Shown: positions 1 to 13,132 of the stretch, in pieces | Numbering within the stretch: the stretch's first letter is position 1 | How the letters are laid out: every line of letters begins with the position of its first letter | From: Balamuthia mandrillaris | Lineage: Eukaryota | DNA length: 64,000 nt | Assembly (NCBI GenBank): GCA_031835245.2 | Contig: JAVKOQ020000058.1 | Span: forward strand, 1 to 64,000 | Direction: 5' to 3' | Made by a program: the position numbers and the translations under genes | Notes under the pieces: model-generated | The model's input: only the letters and a program-made list of their open reading frames with translations | The model's database searches: none | Told to the model about the DNA's origin: nothing

Positions 1-519
1 TGCACTTATCCTTCTCTCACCTCTCTTTGCCCCTCTCTCCACTCGGTCTCTCTACGTGAAATTGAAAAAAGAACACACACAAAAAAGGGTGTGTTAGAAC
101 AAGAACCAGAGCCAGCTTACCTTGGGATTAAGCGTCTTGGAGGTTAAAAACAAAAATAAAAAAGGCTTTGTCGCGCATGCACAGCAGCCTCTTCTTTCAT
201 CCTTTCCTGCTACGTTTTCTCTTCTTAATTTTTAATTTTAATTTTTTTTTGGCTTGTGATTTTACAAAGTCGAGGGTTGCGGAGTTTGACGTCGGACATA
301 TTAAACTACAGTACCCCTCATGTGTTCTCTCTGACTTACCAACGCGCAATGGTTTGGTTTGGCGGTGGTCCTTGTCGACACTAAATTTTCCCGCTAGAAG
401 TAGCAGGGAAGCTCAGGGACTTGTTTTGCTGCCCTTTTCTCCCTTGCCATTTCTCTTCAGCCAAATGAAAAATACAAAAAAAAAAACGTGAATGTCGACA
501 AAAACACGTGCGCCATTCG

Positions 520-1835
520 CTAGATAAGAATACATCGAAAGCCGCCCACCTTGCTTCTTCCTCGTTTGCTGCCGCTCTGCTCTTGCTCGGCGTCGCCCTC
601 CCCGCGGGCCGCTCTCCTCCGTTCGGCATCGATGGCCCTGGCGACGGCGTGAAAGACCTCCTGCACGTTGACGTTGTTCTTGGCGCTGGTCTCGAAGAAG
701 CCGACCTGCCACCGAGCGGCTTCGGCCTCTCCTTGCTCACGAGTGATCGCTCGTTGCTCTTCTGGAAGGTCACATTTGTTGCCAACTTGTTTGTTTAAAG
801 TGTTAAAGTTGCAGCAAAGCAGATGAGAATACAAGAAAACAAGTAACAGAGAAAGGATAGCAAAAGAAGCAAAAAAAAGTAAAGAAAACATACCAAGAAT
901 CATCGGTATGTTGTCTTTGTCCTGAACCCGTTGGATTTGACGGCGAAAGCTCTGCGCTTCCTCAAAAGTAGCTTCAATGTTGACGGCGTAAACGATCACG
1001 AAACCTTCTCCAGATTGCATGTACTGGAAAAAAAGAAAGAAAGAGAAGAGGGAAGGAAAGGAAGGAAAAATACGACAGGAAGAAGAACAACGTGAGGGAC
1101 ATAGCCAAGAAGAAGAGGAAGAAGAAGAACAATAGCAAGGACAAGGACAAGAGCAAGAAGAGGAAGGACAAGAAAGGAGAGGAAAGAAAAAGAAAAAGGA
1201 AGGACAGAGGAAAAATAAAACGAAAGCAACATAAGAAAGAAGTAACACAAAGAACTTAGTGCCTTGAAATACAATGACGAGAGAAGAGAAAGAGAACAAG
1301 AAGAAGAACAGAAAAAAGACAGGAGAGAACGAACCTCGTCTCTCATAGCACTAAACTGCATTTTTTGCACGTCGTGGCCGTCATTGTAGCTCCATATGTT
1401 AAACACTCAAAAAATAAAAACACAGAAGAGAAGGAAAGAACGAAACGAAAAGAAAAAAATAAAGAAAGAAAGAAACGGCAAGAAAGAAACGACGAACCCC
1501 TTCTTGCCCTGCCGTGTCAAGAATGTCCTATAGGAACAGAACGTTACGAAGACGAAATCGAAAGAGAGAAAAAAAATCGAAACGAACCAAAATGATGCTC
1601 TTTCCGTCCAAATCGATTTGTTTTCTGTACGAGTCCTCTATTGTTGGATCATATTCCTGCAAAAAACAAAAAAAAAAATCAGACGAAAAAAAAAATAAAT
1701 ATAAATAAACAGAAAAATACATACGTCGCTAAAACTTTGGTTGAAGAAACGGAGGGTAAGACAGGACTTTCCTACACCTCCGCTGCCCACTACACATACT
1801 TTGTACATCAACCCGCCGTCGGTAGCTTCCCGCAT
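520..1835 (-). CDS. Ras-family small GTPase (multi-exon)
   Basis: Spliced exons give GSGGVGKS (G1), YDPTIEDSY (effector), DTAGQE (G3), NKCD (G4), ETSAK (G5) and C-terminal CaaX CILI. GT-AG introns. Confidence 0.95.
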
Positions 1836-2796
1836 TTTTTTTGGTTCTTTTGGTGTTCTTCTTTCTTCCTTTCCGGTTGCAGGTTTTATTTTTTGATTTT
1901 TCAAATTTTTTGAATAATAATTGAGTGTATCGATATTTGCAAAACACGATCGAGATTATTCGTCGACAAAACAGTAACCAAATTTATTCATGTCGACGTG
2001 AGTGTGAAATTAAGTTTACGTTGTTGACGTCGTCGTACCAGTGTTTCATGTCGACATCTTACGTTCGCCCTCTCCAGCGGGATCCCTCCTCTCGTTATGC
2101 TACCCTGCTCTTTCTTCCGCTGGTGTTAGGCTCTTCCAAGTCTTCCGCCTTTTCTTCCCAACAACCTGCTCGTCTTTAATTTAATTTTATTGCCACTCCA
2201 GCGACGGCTTTCCCCGATGACCTTCTGCGAACAAAAACCGATTCCAGTACTTTTCCAGTCCCACAAACCAAACCCGCCCGACCCCTCCCGATAAGTCGCC
2301 CGTATGCCCCCAGTCCAAAAACTCATTCTTACCTGTCTCCTTTCCACTCGCTCATTCCTTGCTTTACTCCTGGCGCCAAGTTTCTTCTTCTCTGTGCTTT
2401 CGCGAGAACGCAAAAGAAAAAAGGAACAAAGCCTTGGAGAAGGAGGAGTGGGGATTGTTGTTCTTGGCCTCTGCCTTGGCAAACGTTTATTGCTCACGAA
2501 GAAACGTTTTGTTGGTGAGGGTCGAGAATCGTCCCAACTTTGCGAAAAAGTTTGGCAGTGGACGCCCGCGAACTACTGGTTTGCGGGAGAACACTTTTTG
2601 ATAGCTGGGGTGTGTTCGCTCACCCCTCTCTTTTTACAAACCAAAGACAAACACCTCCTTTTTTTTGGTAAGAGAACACAGATAAAAGGAGCTTATATTC
2701 ACATGTGTATGCATAGAAAGCAAGGAAGAGAAAATGGTCGTATATTGTAGGAGGGAGCTTGTTTGAGCTGTGGGGGGTTCATGATTGCTCCCTGGC

Positions 2797-3627
2797 TCAC
2801 ATTTCTTCTTCATCCGGTCCGTTGTCTCCTCTGTACAAGTATTCGTTTCCCTCCTTTTCATCCTCCTCCTCTTGATCCTCATCAGCGATCAATTCTGCAT
2901 CATCCCACAACTCGTCCGCTTCTTCGTCTTCTTCGAACACAGCCTCTTCGCCTTGTTCGTCACCTTCGTTTTCAGCTTCCCCCTTTTGAACTTCTTCTAA
3001 CTTTACCTCCAACTCCTCTTCCAGCTCTTCCAACTCCTTCAACTCTTCCTCCAACGTTTCATAGTTTTGCTCCGCTGATAGTTTCTGGTCGAACTCCTCT
3101 TCCGTGTCCTTTATCTTCTCCAACACTTGGTTCAACTTCTCTTCCACCTCTACCATTTGGGCGTCCAAGATGTCGTTCATCTCCTTTTCCGCTGGCTCGT
3201 ATTCTTCCAGCTCCAACAGAATCTTTTCTAGCTTCTCTTTCATCTCTTCATATTCTTCTTCCTTTTCTACCAGCTCGGCGAGCTCCTTTTCTAAAGCTTG
3301 TCGGCTTCTCTCGGCTTCCATCCAGGCCAATCGATGCATGCTTACACTCTCTGCCTTGGCGTTGTCAGGCTTGTCTGCATCTTCCGCTTCCTGAAGTTTG
3401 GCGGCGGAGGCCTGGGCCATCCGCTGCTTGAGCAGAAGGTGCCCACGAACGACCTTCATCTTCTCCGCAATGGTCAGATCCACGGGGGAAGGCACTTTGG
3501 CATGCTCCCCGCCGTATCCCTCCGGGAAATCGGGCTTTTTCTTTCGAAACGCCTGTCCAGAGGGAACCAGCACAAGTACAACGCACACCAGGCCAAGAAA
3601 CACCCGCAGTTGCCACAAGCTCGCCAT
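2797..3627 (-). CDS. Secreted or ER-lumenal acidic coiled-coil protein of unknown function (intronless)
   Basis: 276-aa ORF with an N-terminal signal peptide (MASLWQLRVFLGLVCVVLVLVPSGQA), a long E/K/L heptad region and an acidic tail. Confidence 0.75.
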   Translation of the reverse strand: MASLWQLRVFLGLVCVVLVLVPSGQAFRKKKPDFPEGYGGEHAKVPSPVDLTIAEKMKVVRGHLLLKQRMAQASAAKLQEAEDADKPDNAKAESVSMHRLAWMEAERSRQALEKELAELVEKEEEYEEMKEKLEKILLELEEYEPAEKEMNDILDAQMVEVEEKLNQVLEKIKDTEEEFDQKLSAEQNYETLEEELKELEELEEELEVKLEEVQKGEAENEGDEQGEEAVFEEDEEADELWDDAELIADEDQEEEDEKEGNEYLYRGDNGPDEEEM

Positions 3628-3905
3628 AACGATGCAACGCTTTGCTCTTTTCTTCTGTTTAAACAGAAAATAAAAATTTGTTGTTCGAAGCGGCGCCTCT
3701 GCCTTTTCCCGTGGTGACGTGGATTGTTTTTCGTGTCGTCATGATAATATGTTATTTTCGTACCCGTCGTGTCGTCCTTGGAAATTTGATATCTGTCGAC
3801 AAACACACGTCATCCCTTTCTTTATCAGAATATTCGTCGAAAGTATTATCCCGAAGTTCAACCTATTAGGTAACAAACACACACCAAGAGAAGATCGAAA
3901 ATAAA

Positions 3906-4841
3906 ATGGAGTTGTTGGACTTACCAGTGGAGCTGTTGATGGCCATCCTGCAGCATGCCCTCCCCACAGACCTGGTCACCGCCTCTCTCGTTTGCAAGGC
4001 ATTGAAAGACTGTAACTTTCTTTCTTTCTATTTTCTTAGAAAAAAAAATCCTTCCGAAAAAAAACAAATCACATTTACAAAAAAAAAATTCAGGTGCTGA
4101 AGATGAGGTTCTGTGGAAGACGCTGTACGTGGAGCGAGTGGCCTCCACGCCGTCTCCGACGAGGGCCTCTCGTGCGGCCCTTCAACCCATCCCTCCTGCC
4201 TCCCAACTGCCGAAAAGAACGACCACCACCTCCAGCCCGAAGGAGGCGGAGGAGGAAGAAGCGGAGGGAAGCCTCCTCCAAGCATTGGGATGGAAGGAAA
4301 AGGAGGAGGAGGAGGAGCAAAGAATCCATTGGAAGAAAGAGGTGCTGCAAGCGTACCTCAAGGAGAGGCGATATTTTGAGCCTATGCCCGTTCCGCCTAT
4401 TCATGAGATTTCTGGTTTTCTTTTCTTTTCTTTTCTTTTCTTTTAAATTTTTTGTTTCTTTCTTTCTTCTCTGCTTCTCTGCTTCTCTGCTTCTCTTCTT
4501 CTCTGCTTCTCTGCTTCTCTTCTTCTCTTCTTTCTTCAGCACCGCTTTCTTTCTGTTCTTTCTTGTCCTTCCTTGTCGTTTCTTTCTTTCTTTTCGTTTT
4601 TCTCTAAATGGTAGAAAAAAAAAATGAACAGAGATAGATTCAGAGGCGACAAAAGCAGCGAAGCTGGACCAGATCTACTTTCCTAAACTCCTGTGGTATT
4701 GTTTTACTGCTCTTTCTTTCTTGTCGTGTCTTCTTGTTCTTGTTCTTGTTCTTGTTCTTGTTCTTCTTCTTCTTCTTCTTCTTGTTCTTGTTCTTGTTCT
4801 TGTTCTTGTTCTTGTTCTTCTTCTTGTTCTTCTTGTTCTTC

Positions 4842-4875
<34 letters not shown>

Positions 4876-5981
4876 GCTCTCTCACACACACACACACACA
4901 CTCTCTCTCTCTCTCTCCTCTTCGCTTTCTCTTTTCTTATATTCGGTTGAACGCAACACCAAAAAGGGCGACAAGAGAGGGGTATGACAAGATAGCAGAG
5001 AAGATCATCGCCGAGCGAGGCAGCCAAATCGTCAACCTCCACTGGCAAATCATGGACCTGGGCGACCCTGACCAGCGCTATCCGTGGTTCGACCGGACTC
5101 TGTATAGCTCCATTATAGCCTATCAGGACACGTTGCTGCATGTGGCAGCGGCGAGGGGACATGTCGACATGGTTAGGCTGCTGTTGAACCACAAAGCGGT
5201 CGTCGATGCTCTTCCCTCCGATAGGGAAACGCCTCTTTATTGGGCGGCTCGTTATGGCCATGTTGAGGTTTGTAGTTATTATTCTGTTTTCTCTCTCTTT
5301 TGTTAAGTTGTTTCTCTCTTTATCTGTTCTTATCTCTTTCTTTGCTACTTCCCTCCTTGCTCCTCACTTTTCTTCCTTCTCTCAAAACATAACAAAACTA
5401 ACACAAAACAGGTACTCTCTCTCCTTTTGGACAAAGGCGCCTTCATCGACGCTCCCAACACATCCGGCGGCACTCCCTTCCAACGCGCCGTGCGCGAAGG
5501 TCGCGTGCAGGCCGCCTCCTTCCTCATGTCACGCGGCGCCGACACTGCGCGTCTCTCCGGCTTTGTCCCCGTTCTCATCTACGCCCTCCAATGCATGACC
5601 GCAGGGAAGAATTCGGACGGGATGGAGCTCACGCCGCGTGTCTGCCTGGAGATGGTGCGCGTGTTGCTCCAAGGAAGCGAGGAGGTTCGTTTGCGCATCG
5701 ACAGCTTGGCGCAGTATTTCGATGGGCGAGAGCGATGGTCGGACACGGCGCTAAGCCTTGCCGCGAGGGAGCATTGGGAGGAGGTTTGCAAGGAACTCGT
5801 GGAGACGGGAGGTGCGAGCGTGGAGAAGGCGGTGGCTTGCTTGGAGGAGGAGAGGGAGAGGAATAGAAACACAGGGCCTGCCGTCCAGATGCTGAAGAGG
5901 CTGTTGAACGCGGAGAGCGCTTCCTCCGGTTCTCCCTCCTCTTCCTCCTCTGCTTCTGCGAGTGCTTCTATGTCGACATAA
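3906..5981 (+). CDS. F-box and ankyrin repeat protein (multi-exon)
   Basis: N-terminal LLDLPVELLMAILQH...LVCK...DEVLWK F-box. Ankyrin motifs TLLHVAAARGHVDMVRLLL, TPLYWAARYGHVE and TPFQRAVREG. Confidence 0.85.
4733..4920. repeat. Compound intronic microsatellite (TTCTTG)n/(CT)n/(CA)n
   Basis: Directly visible simple repeats inside an intron. Confidence 0.9.
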
Positions 5982-6147
5982 ATATAAAGTTTTCAATATT
6001 TTTGTAATTTTTTAAATCTCTATTACATTTATTGATTGTTATCGATACTTTTAAACCACAACGATAATTGTAATAAACTGCATAATTATTCAAGATTCCA
6101 GATAAATTATTCCAGATCTTGTAAAACAGAACTACCAATTGCAAAAC

Positions 6148-6982
6148 ATGGATGGGCTGTGGACCTTGCTGAAGGTGGCCGTTGCTGTGGGCACCATAGG
6201 GGTTCTCTACTCGTGGTCCCAAAAAAATGACAGCGAACAACAAGGCCAACGAAGACAATCACAACAACCACCCCAACAGCAACAAAAACCACCACCACCA
6301 CAGCCACAACAACTCCAACCAAACCAACGAGCACCACCCCCAGCACCCCAAAAGCCACCACCACAACAAGTTCTGCAATTACAACAACAACCAAAGTCAT
6401 GGGCTCAGGTGGCGGCCACGGGCAATCAAAACCATCAACACCAGCAGCAGCCAAAGCCATATAGCTATAACCCGGCAACAATCCATGAAGAGGATGAAAG
6501 CTACCATGAGGGCGAATACTCTAGCGAAAGTGAATATAGCGAGTATGATGAGTCAAATGAAGGCGAGTACACCGACGACCAGCAAGAAGAAGAGGACGAA
6601 GAAGATGAAGAGGATGACAGCTGTGACTGCGGTCGCCCATATCTGCTTATTCGTGGTGTGCATATTTGTAGATACTATGGCCGGTTCCAAGTTTGTGTTC
6701 TCTTCCTCTTTTCTCCTTTCATTCTCTCGCCCTGCTACTTCTAACAACTGTTCGTTCTTCTGCAAGTGTCAATGTGGCAATCGATGGACCAGTGCATACA
6801 CGTGGAGGGGGGAAACGCAGGGGTGTAGAAGTTGTGGCAGGGCATCACACCCTTGGAAAACGGAGCCTCTCGTTGGTGGCCGTGGTAACAACATTCAAGG
6901 TGCTCATGACAGATCAAGATGCAGCATGTGCCGCCGTTTGGGGATCGACTGCTCTCTTAAGTTTAATGACATTCGGCGCTGA
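6148..6982 (+). CDS. Membrane-anchored 3CxxC-type (ZAR1/RTP-like) zinc-finger protein
   Basis: N-terminal hydrophobic helix, then Q/P-rich and acidic linkers. After intron 6691-6766 it reads YGRFQ|CQCGNRWTSAYTW...QGCRSC...GAHDRSRCSMC, the zf-3CxxC pattern. Confidence 0.8.
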
Positions 6983-7160
6983 TGAAATTGGGTATCGGCA
7001 GTAATGCAACCAACCTAGCAATATGCTTCAAAGTTGTGGGACAAAGGAAGTACAATACTGGCACCAGAATCTCTCTCATTCTCTCTCTCCGACCACCATG
7101 GTTATCGTTGCTACGTGAAAGAATGGGTTTTCTCTCCCTTCTCGATCTTTCTAATAGTGT

Positions 7161-8163
7161 TTATAACATCCAAAAAACTTGCGAGGTGGAAGCAGAACTC
7201 TCTTGACTTGAAGTACTCCCAGAGCCATCCGAGGAGGAACTGCTGTCCTCCAAGCTTGACGTTGAAGAAGAAGCACTTTCTTGTGGTGTACATTCTCCCT
7301 CCGCCACGAAACGAATGGCATTCTCCAGCACTATCCTTTGGAGATCATTAAGCTCTCCTCCTGAGTTTTGGTACAAGAAGTCGTGGTTGATGTGAACCCA
7401 GATGGAGTCGCTCTGGTTGTTGGGACGACAGGAAAGGATGGGGACCTCCGTGGCGGAGGAGTTCTTACTCCACTCGACGTAGGCGATCACCACGGCATCT
7501 TCCTGAGCGATGACTTTGCTGGTACCTCCTTCCAATACCCCTTTGCATTTGTATCGTTAGAGAATAAGAAGTCGAAGGAAAAACGAAGAAGAAAGAGAAC
7601 GCGAAGCAAGAACATGCAAGAAAGAAACGACAAGAAGGAGGAAAGAAAGAATACTTACAGCCATCAGGAAGGCCGTCCAACAAGGGGTGTCCCTCGTAAC
7701 TGATGAAGGTTTGGTTGAAGGGCTTGTAGTCGTAGTCGGAGTCGAAGACTACGGGGCTCATTCCCTCCAGCTCGTTCGTATGACGGTAGATCAACCACTC
7801 GGTGAACACCACGTGCACGCCTCTCAAGCTCAACTCCGTCAACGCCTCAAAGGCTGTTGGGCAGGAGTCTGTTTCACGAAGAAGAAGAAGGTAAGAATGG
7901 ACTTTTTTTCATGTTTTGTTGAGCTGGAGGGAATGCTTACTGTAGTACTCTTCGCCTGGGTACAGCACCACGTCGGCGGTTACGTTCGGCAGTTGAGCGC
8001 AGTCCTCCTTGGCGATGAAGCCTTGGTATTCCAAGCCGGCGGTGCCGTTGAGAAAGGTTTCGTAGGCGTCCCGGTACTGCGCCGCATAGAGGACCACTCG
8101 GATGGACAAGGAGGGCGCCACCAACGCCGCCACCAGCCACAAGTACACAATGTAACGGCTCAT
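7161..8163 (-). CDS. Secreted or surface protein with Ser-rich tail, unknown function (3 exons)
   Basis: Signal peptide MSRYIVYLWLVAALVAPSLS, in-frame GT-AG splicing, N-glycosylation sequons and a Ser-rich C-terminus. Confidence 0.7.
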
Positions 8164-8553
8164 TTTTATTATTATTTTATTATTTTTTTTTAAAGTGATA
8201 AAAGAAAGAAAAGAGAAGAAAATACAGGAACGAAACGTGGTTTATCTATTTGCCTCATTGTTCATTTGGTGGCCATTAAGCGCTTATTAAAAACAACGAT
8301 AACCATTCCTGTCGACGTTGGGGATGGATGAACGAGCGGAACAGCTGCTGCCTGGCCTGGCTTGCTGTGACTTTCATTTGCGGTGCAGAGAACAAGCAGA
8401 AGAACAAGAACATCAAGTATTTGAATACAGTTGCAAAGGCAGACGGTTCGCTTCTGATTTAATTCCAACCAATCCGGAACGCGTTTTCGGTTGATTTTTC
8501 ACCAATCGGCATCGTGCATCACTATAGAGCATTTTTCTTTTTTTTTTATTGAT

Positions 8554-11500
8554 TTATTTAGCGATGCGAGTGTTCAACAACATCAACAGCTGTTGCAAAA
8601 CGGAGCTCTCCACCAACTGATCCAAGGTCAAAGCGCCGTTGCTCGCCGCCACGATCTCCCGCAGCTTTCCAACAAAGAACTGAATGATGTTCACCGAGTG
8701 GATGGAGCTGTTCTTCTCCCCCTCCAACAGCGCGTTCCGTTTGCTCTCCACAAAGTTTCGCTGATCGCTCACCGTCCTCTTGAGGAACGTTTTGTTCTTG
8801 CTCAGATCCTCCACAAACTGAATCAAGCCCAAGCAAACGTGAATCGTCTGCTTCAACTCTTGTACGGAAGAGGAGGGAAAAGTGGAAGAAGAGGAGGTGA
8901 GCAGTATGCAGAGCGCTATAACGGCCTCTTTGCGAGCGTGAATCGATTTCAAACGCTCCCTGCGAACGACCCTCAGCGGCGGTTGCTTTGGCAGGGCGTT
9001 TAACTTGATCAGCCATCGCTCCAGAAATCGTGTTATAATAGAAGAAGAAGAAGAGGCAGAGGAAGAAGATTGTTGTTCCATTTCGGCAAAGAAGCGATGA
9101 AAGAAACTGGCGTTGCGGAGGAGGAGCTGAGCAAAGAGAGAGCAGAACTGGAGGAGGAGATCGGAGTGGAAGTGGTGGCCCTCTCCTGCTTTGCTTTCTT
9201 GTTCGCTGATTGGCGTTTGTAACTTTTTGTTTTTCGTTTTGTGAGAAGAGAGAAGAGCGAAGAGCGAAGAAGAGAGAGAAGCGAGAAGCGAGAAGCGAAA
9301 GGCGAGAAGAGAGAGAGGAGAGAGAAGAGAGAGAAGAGGAACGACAGAGGGGGGAGAGAGAGAGAGAGAGCGAAGAACAGACATAGAGAAAAACAAAACG
9401 TACAATTAAACCAAGAACCAACTCAAAGATCTGATGGTCGTGCAACAGCTGCGGCATTCTCTCAGGATGAAGCAGCATCAACAGTTCCACCACTCTCACA
9501 GCCACCATCACGTTCTCCTCCATTTGCTTCTTCTTCTTCTCGTTCATCATTATCAATGGTTGCTGACTTTGTTGTTGCAGTTGTTCGTTCTTCCTCTGAA
9601 CATATTCCAAGTGTATCTGCAAAACTGCTTTCAACAAACGAACGATCGAAGTGAAATACTGCGAAAGAAAAGAGGCTGGAGATGAAGAAGATGAAGAAGA
9701 AGAGAGAATGAGATAGCATTCCATTATCTTCAAGCAAAGCCCTGTGACGGAGGTCTCCTCCTCCGACAAACTTCTCTCCGCGATAACAAGAACTCGTGGT
9801 AGCTTCATCTCTTGCAATATGTTATCATCCGTCGGCACATAACGCAATATAGTCAACCAGAGACTTAAGCCATCCTCCAAGAAATGAAGTTCAGCAGAAT
9901 CTGCCGAGCTTTCTTCTTGTTGGGAAGAGGAAGAAGCACAGCTGTGATGAAGAACAGGAAGTAGGAAGCGATAGAAATCGGTGCCTTGCGCGTTGAGGCA
10001 CTTGGTGAGGGTGCAGAGAGTACGAACGATGGCGCTGCGTTGAATGTTGTTGTTCTTGGAGCGTTCCCAGAGGACTGAGAGACAATCTAATACTCGTTCT
10101 GTGTATGGACGAATCTGATGACACAAAGTTAAACAAAAGGTTTAAATGAAAGTAAGAACAATAACACGACATTTTAAAAAAAGAAAGCAGAGAGAGAGAG
10201 AGAGAGAGGTACTTTGATGCCCATGTTTTGAATGAGTATGGAGATGATGTCCATGACTTGCAGGTTGGTGTCGCCATCACTGATGTCGGCCACTATACCG
10301 CAAATGCTTGCCACAGAGTCCTCCAAAAACGGTTGAAAGAGTTTCGCGTCAAAGTGTGTATCATCAATCACTATTAGTTTGTACATAATTAACAAATAAA
10401 TGATAATACATTTAAAGCGTTGAGAGAGAGAGAGAGAGAGAGAGAGAGGAATGGAAAGGAGAGAAATAGAGAATACATACAATTCTTCCAAGCAATGGCA
10501 GCATAAAGTCTAACCACGATGCAGGGGTCCCTCATCAACATAATGACCACACGAAAGACATCCGGCATCAACTCCTTCTCTTTGCTAAGATAACGTCCAA
10601 AGCTCTCTATGAAGTGCGCTAGTCTTCTTCTCACAAGTTTGCTCAGCGAAGGGGATGAAGCGTCATCCAAAGAAAACTCTCCTCTCGCTTTCATATTGTT
10701 CAAGTCGTTGAGAATGATGTTGTGGAACAAGTCAGAGGCTTTAAGATAGCCACCGTCTATGAGACGGTCACTTCCGGTAGCTAACGCCAAGTAGATGGCG
10801 TCTTTCTTGAGGTAAAAGCGGTTTCGCTCTTCCAGAGAGAATGTATCAAGTTTTTGTTCGGTTTCCATCACCTGTTTTTCATTTGGTTGGTGAGAAATAG
10901 CGAATTGAGCAGAAAGAGAGAACGAAACCGAAAAGTACACAAAAAAAAAGAAAAAAAAAGAAAAAGAAGAAAAGAAAAGAATAAACGAAAGCAAGAAAAC
11001 AAAAGAAAAAAAGGAAGCAAACGAGAAAAAAAAGACCTCCTGAAGGTGACTCATAAGAATAGGGCAGACAGTAGATTCAAAGGCAGAAACAACAGCAAAG
11101 AAAACTAGCTCAGCGCAGTTCTTCAAGCGTTGCGTCCACTCGCCGTGAATTTCTTCGTTGACGAGAGCCTCTCCCTCTTCCTCCCATTGAACGAGCTCTT
11201 CTTGAGAGGCTACGAAGAAACGAGTGAGGATGGCGGAGAGCAATGCTGTTCGTGCTTCCGTCGTCCAAAACGAACGTACATTTGTAAACGTTCGTTCACT
11301 GTTTTCAAAAAACGGTTTGACGAGATCAGAAAAAGAGACAATAACAAAGAAAGGAACTCACCTGTTTGCTTGCAAAACATAACGAATAAATATAAGGCAA
11401 GGAATGAGATAGTCATCAGGCAAGCCGCTAAGCTGCGTCACGTTATACACGCAAGTCGAAAGGTAAGGAGCCACGAATGGAGAAAACCCGTCCGACACAT

Positions 11501-13132
11501 CATCTTGAGCTCCCACAACCAACTTTCCAATACGATGATAGTACTTATCCAAATATCGAAGTGCTATGGAAGAGGGAGCCTCGTCTTCCTCCGTCGTTCC
11601 TCTTTCATCGTTGTTATTAACAAGCGTCAACCGCATCTTCACTAACTCTCCCCAAAACTGCAAAACTTTGGTCAAAACATCAGACAGCATCTCTCGACAC
11701 TTGTCTTCATTACCAGTTGGTAAAGGAGTTGACAGAGATGACGATGAAGATGGAGACGATGATGAGGAAGAGGATGACGAAGAAGAAGAAGAAGAGTCGC
11801 AACAAAGCTCTAGTAACCCAGCTCGAACAACTAGCACATGCAACATGTTCAACGTCAACTTGATCATCTCGGCAGTGCCTCCATGTTGATCCTGAAATAC
11901 AGCATTCGCTGCTGCGACTTTAGAAGAAGAGGCAACCCCAGAAAGCTGCTGCATCAAAGAGGAAAACAAAGCAGAGGCAGAAGCAAAACAGATGCTGGAG
12001 AGAAAGGGCAGAAGTTCAAGGGCGATGTTATGAATGCGAAGAAAGCGAGTTTGGTGCGTTGGCGAGAGGTGCCGTTTGTGAGGCTTGAGACGAGCTGCCA
12101 TTCGTTTGATGACTAGGTGAAGAACGAGAAGGGCGCGTTGGAGAGGCGAGTGGCGATTGCGTTGGCATTGGTCTGGCTCGTTGCTGCTTTGGCTCTGAAT
12201 GAGCCCTAACAGCTTTGGAAAGAGATCAGGCCTTTTTTTTTGTTTTAATTTGGTTAGTGAAGAAACAAGAAGAAAAGGAAGAGGATGAACAAGAAGAAGA
12301 AGATAAACAAGAATAAGGACAAGGACAAGAAGAACAGCAAGAAGAGAGAAGAGGTGAGAAGAGGAGAGAAGAAGAAGAAGAAGAAGAAGAACAAGAAGAA
12401 CAAGAAGAAGAAGAAGAAGAACAAGAAGAAGAAGAAGAAGAAGAAGAACAAGAAGAAGAACACGAAGAAGAAGAACACGAAGAACAAGAACAAGAACAAG
12501 AAGACAAGCAAGAACAAGAACAACAATGGAGCATGAACAACATGATAACAACGAAGCAGAACAAAAAGACGAGGGGCTCAAGGGCTTTACCAATGAGTGG
12601 GAAAGTCGAGGTCCGCAATGTGGGCCAGAGCAAGCGCCAACTGCAGCGCTATCTTGTCGTTGCCCTCCGCCACCACCTGCAGCAACTGCTCTCTCACTTG
12701 ACTCTTTTCCTCTTCCGGGATGAACTGATCGCTTCTCTCCCACGCACAAGAAAGACGGGATGAGTCATGAGAGAACGATGAAGAGAAGAGAAGGGAAGAG
12801 AATGATTACGTGGAATACGAATAGAGTCCTCTTTTGGCTTCGTCCTCGTCGTCCTCATCGTCGTCGCTGTCGCTCTCCAGCGTGGAGGGGTCAAAGCCCC
12901 AACGACGGGTGACCACGCGCTTGAAGTAGGAGGCGGCCAGGAAACGCAGCGTCAGCTCCGCCTCGGCGTTGAGGGAGAGGCGCAGCAGCAAGGAGGCGAA
13001 GGAGGGGAGGGAGGTGGCGGCCACTTCCAGGTTTTTCAGGGCGGTGGAGCGGGCCACGTTGTCGCTTGGGTTGACGGAGTCTCGCAGGAGGGCCACCAGC
13101 GAGGCCGTAGCCGAGGCGTCGGTGCTCTCCAT
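8554..13132 (-). CDS. IPO11: Importin-beta family karyopherin, importin-11/Kap120-like (multi-exon)
   Basis: IBN_N-like N-terminus (LRFLAASYFKRVVTRRW), AHIADLDFPTHW|PDLFP, ELVQWEEEGEA and LKKDAIYLALA. HEAT-like helical sequence throughout. Confidence 0.75.
12290..12520. repeat. Intronic (AAG)n/(AAGAAC)n microsatellite
   Basis: Directly visible simple repeat. Confidence 0.9.

Noticed and set aside
110..130. CTTACCT resembling the U1 snRNA 5' end
   Set aside because: Better explained as a minus-strand splice donor (AAG/GTAAGC) of a gene running off the window; no U1 body follows.
12226..12633. Poly-S/C, poly-F and poly-K ORFs (similar cases near 4700, 26850, 38100 and 43050)
   Set aside because: They are intronic simple repeats that lack stop codons.
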